A DNA stretch of 64,000 bases, taken from Octopus vulgaris. Its lineage: Eukaryota. The position numbers and the translations under genes are program-made. Position 1 is the first letter of the stretch. Each line of letters begins with the position of its first letter. Under the pieces are notes generated by a model. That model was not told the origin of the DNA and made no database searches. It saw only the letters and a program-made list of their open reading frames with translations. The DNA is taken from positions 45,446,001 to 45,510,000 of the forward strand of contig OX597823.1 in NCBI GenBank assembly GCA_951406725.2, written 5' to 3'. Positions 51,995-64,000 of this stretch are shown piece by piece.

Positions 51995-54399
51995 CCCGAC
52001 ATCCACTTTCCATGCTGACATGGGTTGGACAGTTTGACTAGAGCTGGCATGCTGGGAAGATTCACTAAGTTCCACTCTGATTTGGCTTGGTTTCTGTGGC
52101 TTGATACATGGTGTTGGCATAAGTGCTATCTATTGCACAGATTGTGTCAACTATATTATTTTAAATAAGGTAGACTAAGTTAAATGATTTTGGACTCGGT
52201 TAGATCAAAGGAATAAAATTTTGAAGCAGCTTTTAACATAACCAGAACACTATTTTGAAAATAGCTCAAAAACTGTTATAAAAATTGGTTTCAACAAGGT
52301 GCCGATAACATTGCATTATAGAATTATCTAATGTTCGTTTCCATGGCATTATTCTCAACTATGTAAATGGCAGTGAGCTAGTAGAATCAATAGCACACTG
52401 GACAAAATGCTTAACAGCATTTCATCTGTCTTTATATTCTTCATTCAAATTCTTCTGAGGTCAGCTTTACCTTTCATTCTTTCAGAGTTGCTATAATAAG
52501 TACCTGTTGATCATTGAGGCCGATGTAATTGACTCACCTACCTGCCCTGAAATTATTGGCCTTGTGCCAAAATGTGAAACCAATATTCTCTTATTCATTA
52601 AATTGGCCGTAAAGGCCTTACAAAGAAAGGAAGCCGTGGGCTGGACAAGGACATGAGATGAAATGATAGATGATATGATAATAATGAGGGAAACAGCAAT
52701 GCCTGCCGATTGTTGTTTACCTGAGCACATTGTTCTTTATAAGTACCATATTGAGGCAACAAACCTCTTGCATAGTAAAACATCAAGGAAGCAATAAACC
52801 TCTTACATTTAGAACAAGAAAGCCATTGTGATGCAGCAACCTCTTACACATGTCAAAAATCTATAAAACATTACAAATAAGGCACCAAGCTTCTTTAATT
52901 AATTATAAATCTTCCTGCCCGACTAGACTTCTCGCCTTGGTCAAACACCTGGACGGTGTCAAGTTGGGCTGCTTTAATACAAAATTAAAAGTGTCTGCTG
53001 GGAAGGAGTCAAACCAATGTTCTCAACCACATAAAGCATTTTTGGCTTAATAAATCTAAAATGTCATCATCAACAAAACTCTAGAAAATATCAAATGTAC
53101 AAATAGAAACTAAAAGAAGCCTGTCATGTCTTTGTATCTGTGTCTGTGTGTAAGTAGACGTGTGTGTGTATGCATGTGTGGAATTTTAGATGAGGGCACT
53201 GACTAGTTGATGCCCTCAGCTAAAACATTTCCTTCTACAAACTTGGAATTCCCCATTTGTTGAATAAACCTGCTGTAACTCCTTTTTGAATATCATCACA
53301 GCTGGATCTGATGTAAGGGGGATGACCCTGTCCAACCTGCAACATGGACAAATATTTTTTGTTTACAAAACTAACTGACTGATGTATTTCGTCCTTCAGT
53401 TGTAAAGAGGTTATGTTTCTTCAGCCACTTGAGTCTGATTAGTTGTCAGAAGTGAGTGGGGACAGGAGAATCAGAAGCGTTGGTGAGTGGAGATTGCAAG
53501 AGTGTGTGGTGGAAATGAGAGATGGGGAGTGGATGAGGGGAAGAGAGGTGGGTGACAACTGTAAAGGTCAGTTAGGGTTGATGGGTGAATCGGGTAAGGA
53601 GTAGGGAATGACTAATGATGTGAGAGTTAGGGGAGATAGGGAGTGTAGGAGATGACTGACAGGGCTGAAAAACAAGGGAGAGTAGCAGAACAGTAGTGAT
53701 TATACAGTAAACAGAAGGATGAAAGATGACACATGTGGTTGTGTAGGTTGTAGGGGTGTAAGTGCAGGGGGAAAGAGGTAGGTATAGTGCAATAAGGGAA
53801 TGAGAAATGTTTGGTGGTAGATGAGGAGAGGTAATTTGGTTACTCAATTGGGGTGGAATCAATGTAAAGTGTCGGGGGAGAGAGCAGTATTAGTGGATCA
53901 AGGATGGAAGAGAAATGAAATGGTTCTGAGTCAGAAGAAAAAATAAGTGAAATCAAGGAAGAATTGTAGTTAGAAAGATGATAGGTAATGGGTTGCCTTG
54001 AGGAGGAAATTAAGAGAGGGGTCCAGTTGTGCATATACACGCTCAGAATTCAGTTTCACTGAGGTGGGTAGGTCTTCTTCTAAAATGCAATCAGCAGTCA
54101 TCCCAGCCCATAGTCATCTCCTCTGTGGGGAATCTTAGGACCTTAATTTCTGAGGTCAGCCTTCACCACTTCATATCATTTCTTCCATCAGTCTCCCTCT
54201 TTTATAAACTCCATCCACATTAAGTAAACTGGCACTTCTTTGTATTGCTGTCCTCATCTATATGCATCACATACACATACCAGTGCAGTCTTCAATCTTG
54301 CATTCTACATTTGCATCTTATGGTGTTCAATTTTTCTCCCTGCACAGTGGTACTTTGTCATTGGTACACACATACATTACATATCCAACAAAGCATGCT

Positions 54400-55470
54400 A
54401 GGTTCACCTCTTTCTAGTCTTCTCATGTCCTAAGCATGCAAGGCCTATGTCTCACTACCATATAGGATCACAGCTTTAACACAAGCATCTTAAAATCTGC
54501 TCTTCACTCTGACAGAAAAGACCTTTGTTGCCAGCAGTGGTAATAGGTCCTTAAACTTTCTCCAGCCCATTCTTGTTCTGCTTTTATACTTTCAGAGCAA
54601 TAACTCCCTTGATAAATAAATCTCCTTGAAAGCAAAAAGCTATCAATTACTTCTAGTGAGCCATCTAAGTATTTAAGAGAATCTATTTCTGGTGTGCTCA
54701 CAATATGAACTGCTTCAGTACATCAATCACATGCAAAGCATATGTCCCCTCTTAGTCTGTCTGTGATTCCACTATATCTCTTGCATGTTTTTAGCTTACA
54801 TTGGACAGTATATAGAGGTTATACCTACTCCTTTTCTACCTATCACACAAGGCCATTTTCCTAAAGATACCAGAATTCTTTTCTACTTACTAAAACATTC
54901 TTCTTTGCTAAATTTACCTTAAGATCTCTCAATTCTCAGTTCATCTGCCAAGCCTGGAATTTTCTAATTCTTCTATGGCTTCATCTATGAGTACTAGTTT
55001 ATCAGCATAATAGAGTGTCCATCATTAGCTACTCTTAAGCTCCATTAAGATGGCCAGTAGGTGAGGACTGAACCTTACTCAACCCACATGCTAAATTTGT
55101 CCCTGAAATCATTGTTGACTCTCACTTCACTTAAAACATCTTAGCACAAAGCTTATAAAACACTCACAGGCCATTTATTTACACATAGTTTCCTAAGTGG
55201 ACACCAAATTACTGAACAGATTACACTATCAAACACCTGCTAAAAATCAAAGAAAGGTCAGAATAGTAGTTTGTTCTTAGCCAAGTATTTCTCCTGTAGT
55301 CGTCACTAAGAAAATTGATATCTGTAGCACCACTTCCTCCAGGTATGAAGCTAAACTGCATCTCATTTAGTCTGTCATGGATTAATTGAGTAATGACTCT
55401 CTCTGTAACCATCATAACCTGATCCAGTAGTTCGATTTCTCTATAGTGGCTTCTCTCTAAGGAATCTCTT
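54400..55470 (-). mobile_element. Decayed RTE-like LINE
   Basis: RSHYREIELLDQVMMVTERVI...MQFSFIPG...TDINF, YADKL near 55000, SLEVIDSF near 54650. Confidence 0.65.
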
Positions 55471-55772
55471 TTGACTTCCATGCAAAAGTGGATGTTAAAA
55501 TGATGACTATGATTTCGTGTGTGTGCACGTGTGTGTGGGTGAGTGTGTATGTGTGTGCATGTGTCCTTGTATATATGTGTGTGCACATTTGTTTATATAT
55601 GTGTGTGTGTATGTTTACATATATCATCATCATCATCCTCATTTAATGTCTGCTTTCCATGCTGATATGGGTTGGATGGTTTTACATAGAATTGGCTAGC
55701 AGGGAGCTGTCCAGACTCCAATTGTCTGTTGTAGCATGGTTTCTACAGCTGGATGCCCTTCCCAATGCCTAT

Positions 55773-55809
<37 letters not shown>

Positions 55810-55814
55810 ACAAG

Positions 55815-56022
55815 CAAGAAAATAAATTTCAAACACAGTACAGGTGTGAGAACAGCAGAGAAGTATTGGTTATTTACCCTTAAAAGACAATAAAAAGTTG
55901 CTAGCAAGCAACTATAGGAATTGAACCCTCTACCCCTCAGATACCAAAATTGAACCCGCCTTATAAGGGTAAATACCTAATCTTTCTCTGCTGTTTTCAC
56001 AGCTATACTTCACTCAGAATTT
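55815..56022. repeat. Imperfect ~70-bp inverted repeat (MITE-like hairpin)
   Basis: gtgagaacagcagagaagtattggttatttacccttaaaag vs reverse complement of cttataagggtaaatacctaatctttctctgctgttttcac; next to (TA)n. Confidence 0.65.
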
Positions 56023-57875
56023 ACTTTCTTGTCTGTAAAATATCAAACACATTCAATGCTTCCAAAGTTTATTTATAATATACACGTGTGTGCATGCGCA
56101 CATGTGTGTGTGTTTAATCATATTATAGTCTTATTGTGTATATTTTTATATATTCATATTATATACATTAATACAGCCATATATATTCATATCTGCATAC
56201 ATAAATGTTATCAAGACTATGCCTTGTGAAAGGAAATAAATGGTTCAAGCAGAGAAAATGAATTTAGAATTATCTATAAATAATTGCAGAGCCCTATGAC
56301 TACTTAAAGTCAGAAAGTCTGAACAGTAAGTAATGTTGGAATAGTTTTATCAGAGTTTAATGTGTATCAAAGTAAGGTGATTAATGCAATTGTCTCTCAC
56401 AGCAAAGGATTAGAAGTTGTACAGCAAGTGTTTAGGAATTAAATAGCCAGACAGACAATTCACTAGTTTGTTGCATGGCAACACAAGAGAATATTTTGCA
56501 CAAATGAATAGTTATTCTTCACATGGAAGCCAAATTGTGAGTTTCAATGCAACACTAATGTGGGATTAGTTCCTAAGGAATAAGTAACTACTTTACACAT
56601 TACCACTGCCATTACATTTTAACGATGTATCAATGCATCTCTGGAGTTAGTTTCTGATGACCATAAAATGCAGGATAAGTTATGTTAAAGGTTATACAGA
56701 TATTCTGAAACTATTCTTTTAAATTAACTTATTTTTGAAAAACAAATTTTTAAAAAATAAAAAAAAATTAGCAAATATAGTTTTGGGAGCAATAAAGCAA
56801 AACAGCATTCATTGAAGGAATGAAAAAAAAAACCACATTCTTTTGAAAAATATTGAATTCCTTTTCCAATAAATAAAAAGAAAATTATATTCCCCAACTC
56901 AAGGGAAATATTCAATAGAGAAGTCTATTCTAAAACTAACTCTCAAACAGAATATTCGCTGGAGTCTAAATAACGATAACCATATACTTTCTTTTTGATA
57001 AATGATTTTGAATATTCATTAAAACTTTGTTGGCTGTTTTTTTTTCTTTTCTTTTTCCCGCCGTATTTATTCTCCTATAAATTCGTCTTCTATTTACAGT
57101 AAGTCAGAGCCAACACTAGAGGATTTTGTGCATTATTCCTAGGAAGCAATGAGCACATATTCCCCAGGAAGTAATAAATTGCTATTGAAAGATAAATGAA
57201 AATATTAATCTGAAACGGCATGCTCAGAATGCTTGAAGAAGGAAAACATTTCTTTGCATAATCTAAGAAAACAACATTTTTTTATTCATTTTATATTTCT
57301 GAGGGTTAATATTTAAATGTATGTAATATATATCTTATAAACGCTAAACGGTTGTTTGTAGTACATGATACAGCATTTTATAACATAACAGTGTATGTAC
57401 ATATATATGTATTAATTGAAGCTTACAGTATTATATATCTATTACAGCCGATCTTACCAATCAGTTTTGCACAAGGGGTTCAACAGAGTTTTAGGTAACA
57501 GTTCAGTTATGTAACCATGTGCTCATCAGAGGTAGCTGTTATGGATTGAAATATGCTTTCTGCTCTCTATTGTTGATATATACATATGTGTTCACAGTTG
57601 TGAAAGATTGTGTCTCTTATGCAGGCATGAGGCCTAGTGTTTAGGGTGTGGCAGTTTTGATTCCAGGACCAAGTGGTGCATTGTGTCCCTGAGAAAGGCA
57701 CCTTGTTTCATGAAAATAGACACAGGTATGGTTGTGTGTTTACAAAGGTCACGTCACATCCTAACCATGTGATTTTTGGTTCAGTCTCACTTGTGATACC
57801 TAGGGCAAGTATCTTCTTCTATAGCCTGGGGTGACTAAAGTCTTGTGATAATATATACATACATACATATATATG

Positions 57876-57923
<48 letters not shown>

Positions 57924-59454
57924 CATATATATACATATATATATGCATATGTATATATAATATGTGTGCATGCATGTACATACATACATGCGCATATATA
58001 TATGTATGTATGTATGTGTATATATGTGTGTGTGTGTGTGTATATATATATATGTACACACACAGAAACACACACACATATTTTCCCTGTATCAGCATCT
58101 TAAGTTTCTTAGTGTTTTGCCCCTTTAACTGGGGATTAACATTATAATTTAAAGTCTACCCCTACTCTGCGTCTTTTTTATAGATAGTTACTTATTGACT
58201 CTTCCTAAAGTTCTGTTTCTCTTCTCTTAGTGAGAAAGGGATACCTATGATGATATGTATGACCAATAGCTAGCCATGAGCTGTCAATTCACTCATGTCT
58301 TTTATTCTAAATATACACAGTCTTCTAGTCTCAGATTTTAGTAGATGATAAAGAGATAAATATATTAGAAATGAATTACAACCTTATGACCCCACTATGT
58401 TCTATGCTATTCTAAGAAATTGTAATCTGTTTTTCTAAGCCACTTTTGCTACCATAGTGACAACATAAATTTGTTCCAGCTTTTTTAATACCTGTTGAAA
58501 TTCCATATATATATTTTTTTGTGCAGCTGAAGATAGCACTGCATTTAAATTGATATAATGATTGCATTGTTCAATTAAATGGAGCTGCTTGAAATGGTTG
58601 TACCATATTACTACTTGATATCCTGTTGCTTATTTTGATTTTACGCACTATTATAGCCTGAGGCTATAACAGAACACACTTGCCGAAGGTGCCATGCAGT
58701 GGGACTAAACACGAAACCATGTGGTTGGTAAGCAAGCTTCTTACCACACAGGCACTATTGTGCCTTTAACATTTTTCTTTAAATTTCTTTTGGGTTCAGC
58801 ATAGGTCATCCTGGTTTCTTCAAAAGCTTTCACTCCACTCCACATTGTCATCATGTAACATCCACTTTTCATGCTGACATGGGTTGGATGGTTTGACAGG
58901 ATCCAATGAGTCCAAGAACTCTATCATGCTCCAGTGCTTGCTTTGGCATAATTTCTACAGCTGGATGCCCTTCCCTATGCCAACCTCTTTACAGCATGTA
59001 CTGGGTATTTCTATTCATGCCACCAGTACCATTAAGGTTCCCATATAGCTCACATGACTATGAACCCTAAGAGTTATGTGTGTGGGGGGTGGGGAGGGGA
59101 ACCAGCTTCATACTACTAGGTTTAAAATACAAGAGAAGGGGGTCTAGAGCTGAACATGTTGCTTTCTGTAGAGGATCTGCATAGTTACACACATTTAGTA
59201 GGAGAAGAAGAGGAAGAGAAGAGGGAAATGATCTGCAAAGGGATGAGGGGCCCAGGTGGTCCCTTGAGACACAAGGTGAGTTAAAGTAGGTGAGTGTGTG
59301 TGTGTGTGTGTGGGGGGGGGGTGTATTGCAAAAATGTGTTGTGAGCAGAAGATAAGGGAAAGGGGAAGAGAATTAAATAGGGTTGATTATCTATGAGCCA
59401 TGAGCTGGAGGAGATAGAAAGATGCAGAAGAGTGCAGGTGTGGTGGGACAAGTG

Positions 59455-59715
59455 AAAGTAAGTAAAGTTAGTTTCTTGAGTCATACGGACTCATAAGGGC
59501 CGGTTTCCTGGTTTCCATGGCACATATATTCCCCACTGGATGGGACGCCAGTCTGTCGCAGGAATTACTCATTTTTGCCAGGTGAGTGGACTGGAGCAAC
59601 GTGAAATGCAGTTATTTGCTCAAGAACACAACTTGTCACCAAGCCCAGGAATCGAAATCATAATCTTATGATCAGGAGTCTGACACCCTTACCACTAAGC
59701 CATGTATCTCCACAG
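59455..59715 (-). mobile_element. tRNA-derived SINE sharing its 3' part with family D
   Basis: TGGCTTAGTGGTAAGGG...TTCGATTCC...ctgcgacagactggcgtcccatccag...ggaaaccaggaaaccggcccttatgag. Confidence 0.75.
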
Positions 59716-59962
59716 TGTGACAAGTGAGAGGGTCGATATGGTTGAATAGTTTTGCAGGAGCTGGGGTAGTAGTAGGTAAGGTAGGTATAGTGCATGGTGG
59801 GAGGTAATTTGGTTCAGTGTGTGTGCGTGTGTATGCGTGGGGGGAATGACTCACTGTAATGCGGGTGGAGCACACTGTAAATAATACTTCCAAAATTCAG
59901 CTTCATTGAAGAGAAGGGAGTCTTTTTGAGAACCTCATATTGCCAGACATTCTGATACATAC

Positions 59963-60026
<64 letters not shown>

Positions 60027-60198
60027 TTATACGACAGGCTTCTTTCAGCTTCCATCTACCAAATCCACTCACAAAGCTTTGGTCGATCTGAGCTATAGTA
60101 GAAGACAATTGCCCAAGGTACCATGCTGTGGGAGTGAACCTGGAACCATGTGGTTGGGAAGCAAGCTTCTTACCACACAGTCACACCTGCACCTATAC

Positions 60199-60229
<31 letters not shown>

Positions 60230-60277
60230 TATACATATATAAATGTATATATACATTTGTATGTATATGTATGTGCG

Positions 60278-60311
<34 letters not shown>

Positions 60312-60699
60312 TGTATGTATGTATGTGTGTGTGTGTGTGTGTCTACATAATGCGCTGAATCGGTCAAGAAAGGATTAATGTTTAGGAAAATATCTGTTTT
60401 TCATAAGTCCTTATGATATATTACTCTGGCTCATGACTTTTACAATGCTGACATCACCTGCTCTCTCAGCAAGTATTTATACCGATAACATTATCTCTGT
60501 CTTACATCCACCTTAAATAATTATCTTTATCTTTTAATTATTAAAATACTCAAGACACTAATAAAGATCAGAAAAGTTCAGATGATAATATCGTTTTACA
60601 TCATTCAATATATTCCTGTATGAGACGAAGTTCTATAGTATAATTGAATGTATTACACACATACAAGTGTGCATGTACATATACATGTATATATATATA

Positions 60700-60740
<41 letters not shown>

Positions 60741-60815
60741 TCACACACACATATATATACATGTATATGTACATACACACTTGTGTGTGTGTAACACATT
60801 CAATTATATTATAGA

Positions 60816-60863
<48 letters not shown>

Positions 60864-61021
60864 TGATTGGCATTAGGAAGGACATCTAGCCATAGAAACT
60901 ATGCCAACCTGACAACTAGAGCCTGGTGCAGCTCTCCAATTAGCCAGCTACTGTCAAACCATCCAGCCCATGCCAGCATGGAAAACGGACATTAAATGAT
61001 GATGATGATGATGATGATGAT

Positions 61022-61480
61022 GAAGAGAGTGCAAGTCAGTTGGGCAGGCCACTTTGTTCAAATGCCTGACCTGCAACTCCCCAGCAGACTGTTTTACAGT
61101 GAACTGGTGGAAGGCAAGTACACACAAGATGAAAAGGAAAAGTGCTTAAAAGGATTCACTCAAAAACTTACTGAAGAGCTTTCAGATCAACTTCAACACT
61201 TGGGAGATGCAAGCACAAGGCAGACCTGCCTGGCAAAGCTGCATCAACAGAGGTGCCATCTCCTACAAACAGAACAGGATGGCAGATGCACAAAGGAAAT
61301 GCAAACTGCACAACAATTCCTTGCCCTCAGTCCTAGCAAGCCACCAGTGCCTGAAGTGCCGTAGAGCCTTCTGAGCATACATTGGACTGATCAGTCACAG
61401 CTAGAAACACTGTGAACCACCTTCTTCTCCTATTTGTTGTCCTTGGTTATCGTCAACAATGGACAAACTAATAATAACAA
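61022..61480 (+). mobile_element. RTE-clade LINE 3' fragment
   Basis: VSWAGHFVQMPDLQLPSRLFYSELVEG... and a C-terminal Zn-finger remnant CLKCRRAF*AYIGLISH. Confidence 0.75.
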
Positions 61481-62138
61481 TAATATAAGGTTAAGCAACG
61501 ATGATAAGAACTACATTGAAATCACCCATTTGTACCCAAAATGTATTAGGGGTGGGCTTGTTCTCCCTTCCTTCTCAGATAGATAATAAAATAAAAGAGG
61601 ATATTCACCCACCCACTTCTGAAATAAAAGATGTGTATTTTTGCCTAAATATTGCTTTATTATTTATCTATTCATTAAATAATATTTTATAAGTAACTTA
61701 TGATACAATATAGACGATATTGATCAACATTAAAGTTTTTGTAAAGTAAATAATATCTATCTTTCAATCAATCTATCTTGCAGACAGTCTGGCTTTCAAA
61801 TATTTAGGAGATAAGTAAAAGATCCATTATATTTGACATTTTCCATTCATTCTTCTATTCTAACCTAAATGGGATGGATCTGCAAAAGACAAAATGTTCA
61901 TGAATTGATGGTAGAAGAATGTGCATTGTATATACAAATATGTGTATGTGTTCATAAATAGACACACACACATTTATATATAGGTGCTTTTGCTTCATTC
62001 ATTCAACTGTAGCTATGTTGGGGCACTGCCTTCAAGAGTTTAATAAGCCAAATCAGCCCTTATTTTTAAGTTTGGTACTCATTCTACTGGTAAGTTATGT
62101 GGGATACAAACAAATCAGCACCAGTTAAGCACACAAAC

Positions 62139-62179
<41 letters not shown>

Positions 62180-62180
<1 letters not shown>

Positions 62181-62510
62181 TCATCATCATCATCATCATC
62201 ATCATTTAACGTCCGTTTTCCATGGTAGCATGGGTTGGATGGCTCGACCGGGGTCTGGTAAGCCATGAAGGCTGTACCAGGTTCCAGTCTGGTTTGGCAG
62301 TGTTTCTATGGCCGGATGCCCTTCCTAATGCCAACGACTCCGTGAGTGTAGTGGGTGTTTCTTACGTGCCACCGGCATAGGGCCAGAGGAGGCTGGCAAA
62401 CGGCCACGATCGGTTGGTGTTTTAACATGCCACCAACACGGACGCCAGTCAGGCGGCGCTGGCATCTGCCATGTTTGGACAGTGCTTTTTACATGTCACT
62501 GGCACAGGTG
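62180..62510 (-). mobile_element. SINE family C (RTE-type tail ...caacccatgcYagcatggaaaacggacgttaaa(tga)n)
   Basis: Core ggttggcattaggaagggcatcc(a/g)gc; other copies near 55-130, 2010-2150, 21700-21965, 28490-28630, 33485, 36945, 52000, 55625, 58860, 60865. Confidence 0.8.
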
Positions 62511-62689
62511 TCTTAACAACAGTTTCCATTTGATTTTTATTTTGATGTTGGTGCTGACGTAGTTGACTCAATAGGTCTCCTCAAGAACAGTGGGTCACTC
62601 TACGATCCAGTGCGTGTGTGTGTGTGTGTGTGCCTGTATGTGCATGTGAGTGTGTACAACAGTTATGCTTGTGTATGAACAACTACACT

Positions 62690-63405
62690 ACATGGTAATG
62701 AGACATGGCTGGGACTACTGAGAATGTGCCAATGCTTGGTAGAAATGAAGCCAGCATGCTCTGCTGTATGGGTAATATTAGTGTGCTTGTACAAGAACAT
62801 GTAAATTATTTAAGAGAAGAATTGGGGTATAAAAGGTATCTGCTGTCCTGTGCCAGACAGAACTGTACTGGTGTGGTCATGTGATGTGTATGGATGAGGA
62901 TAGCTGCATAAAGAAGAGCTGATCTCTAATTGTGGAAGGAACATGTACAAGGTGTAGACCCAAGAGGACATGGGAAGGAGTGGTGAGAGAGGATCTTCAG
63001 ACACAAGGCCTCACTGAGAAGCTGACAAGGGACTGAGACTTCTGGTAATTTGGTGTGCTTGAGAAGACATGTCAAGCTAAGTAAAATCGTGACCATCAAT
63101 ACATACAGGCATTTCCCTTTGTTAGCTGAGAGATCCTTAGGCTTGTGGGTACTGGTGTCTCATAAAAGCACCCATATTGGTGCCATATAGAAAAGCACCC
63201 ATTCAAGGCTTCCATACTGATGCCATGTAAAAAGCGCCCAGTCCACTTTGTAAAATGGTTGGCATTAGGAAGGGCAGCCAGCTGTAGAGACCATGCCAGA
63301 ACAGACAATTAGGGAGAGGCCAGTTTCCTGGCTAGCAAGCTCCTGTCAAACTATCCAACCCATGCCTGCCAGGGAAATTGTTGCTAAATGATTATGATGA
63401 TGATG
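62690..63405 (+). mobile_element. RTE-like LINE 3' end running into SINE-C type body and (GAT)n tail
   Basis: HGNETW...LVEMKPACS...WCGHVMCMDEDSCIKK...VEGTCTRCRPKRTWEGVVREDL, then ...ggttggcattaggaaggg...caacccatgc...(gat)n. Confidence 0.7.
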
Positions 63406-63471
63406 ATATATATATATATATGTATATATATGATGATATATATATATATGTATATATATAATATATATACT

Positions 63472-64000
63472 AACCTGACGGTTGTCAATTTCTTAGACGT
63501 TTCCTTAGATCTTAATAAGAATATTTATAAGCCTTATAGGAAGCCTAATGATAGACTAAGCTATATTAATGTAGGTTCATGCCATCCCCCTATAGTATTC
63601 AAAAATTTAGTTAAAAATATTAGTAAGAGGATTTCTAGCCTCTCCTCTGATGAGGACATCTTCAATAGTGTTGCCCCAGTTTATAATAAGGCTTTAAAAG
63701 ATAGTGGTTTTAGCGAAAAAATAAAATATACACCTATCACTAGCCCAACAGTAAGGAAAAGGAATAATAGAAATAGGAAGGTCATCTGGTTTACTCCCCC
63801 TTACTCACCCGAGGTGGCCTTCAATATAGGTAAATATTTCCTAGCACTGATAGATAGACATTTTCCAGCTAACCATACTTATAGGAAACTCTTCAATAGA
63901 CACAATTTAAAAATTAGTTTTAGTTCAACTACCAATTTTAAAAACATAATCAAACATAACATACAAAAAACACAACAAGAAAACAGCTGTTCATGCAGGA
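63472..64000 (+). mobile_element. Penelope-like retroelement ORF (RT thumb + linker), 5'-truncated, open to window end
   Basis: 176 stop-free codons: NLTVVNFLDVSLDLNKNIYKPYRKPNDRLSYINVGSCHPPIVFKNLVKNISKRISSLSSDEDIF...YNKALKDSGF...RKVIWFTPPYS...IGKYFLALIDRHFP...KLFNRHNLKISFS...SCSCR; begins directly after a (TA)n array. Confidence 0.88.

Noticed and set aside
52715-52790. Possible upstream dynein exon (CAG|gtaaac)
   Set aside because: Translation does not resemble the expected upstream dynein sequence (FPRFFFVSD...LLEILG); no such exon found in 51772-64000.
53370-53435. Minus-strand CTGAAGA...CGAAA next to a long purine-rich tract (53450-54030)
   Set aside because: Pairing too poor to call; possibly a very old pLTR, but unsupported.
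63645-63660. CTGATGAG within the Penelope ORF
   Set aside because: Coding sequence (SSDED); no downstream GAAA or helices.

Overview
AT-rich, microsatellite-dense animal DNA. The SINE families suggest an octopus or other coleoid cephalopod (inference). The whole window lies inside one minus-strand gene, an axonemal outer-arm dynein gamma-type heavy chain (DNAH5/DNAH8-like). I reconstructed 11 consecutive GT-AG exons between 51771 and 2807 (2014 nt, ~671 codons, all phases compatible), covering the end of the linker, AAA1 (Walker A GPAGTGKT, Walker B CFDEFN) and AAA2 (GPSGAGKT). The gene continues beyond both edges. The introns hold several SINE families, decayed R4/Dong and RTE LINEs, mariner (DD34D) and maT (DD37D) remnants, TTAA MITEs, Helitron pieces and three Penelope-like RT fragments, one still fully open at the right edge. 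The most interesting signal is a set of minimal type-I hammerhead-ribozyme motifs with palindromic helix III, from at least three sequence families, carried by short non-coding cassettes in (TA)n arrays. They look like Penelope pseudo-LTR or retrozyme-like units, and the two with intact cores are sense to the dynein pre-mRNA. Other oddities are a dead duplicate of the AAA1 Walker B exon, a Helitron Pif1 fragment flanked by a 69-bp duplication, and (CCCTAA)n inserted into a transposase. Almost all other ORF-track entries are microsatellite or SINE artefacts. Exon coordinates were counted by hand; repeat boundaries are approximate and family names come from motif recognition, not a database search.
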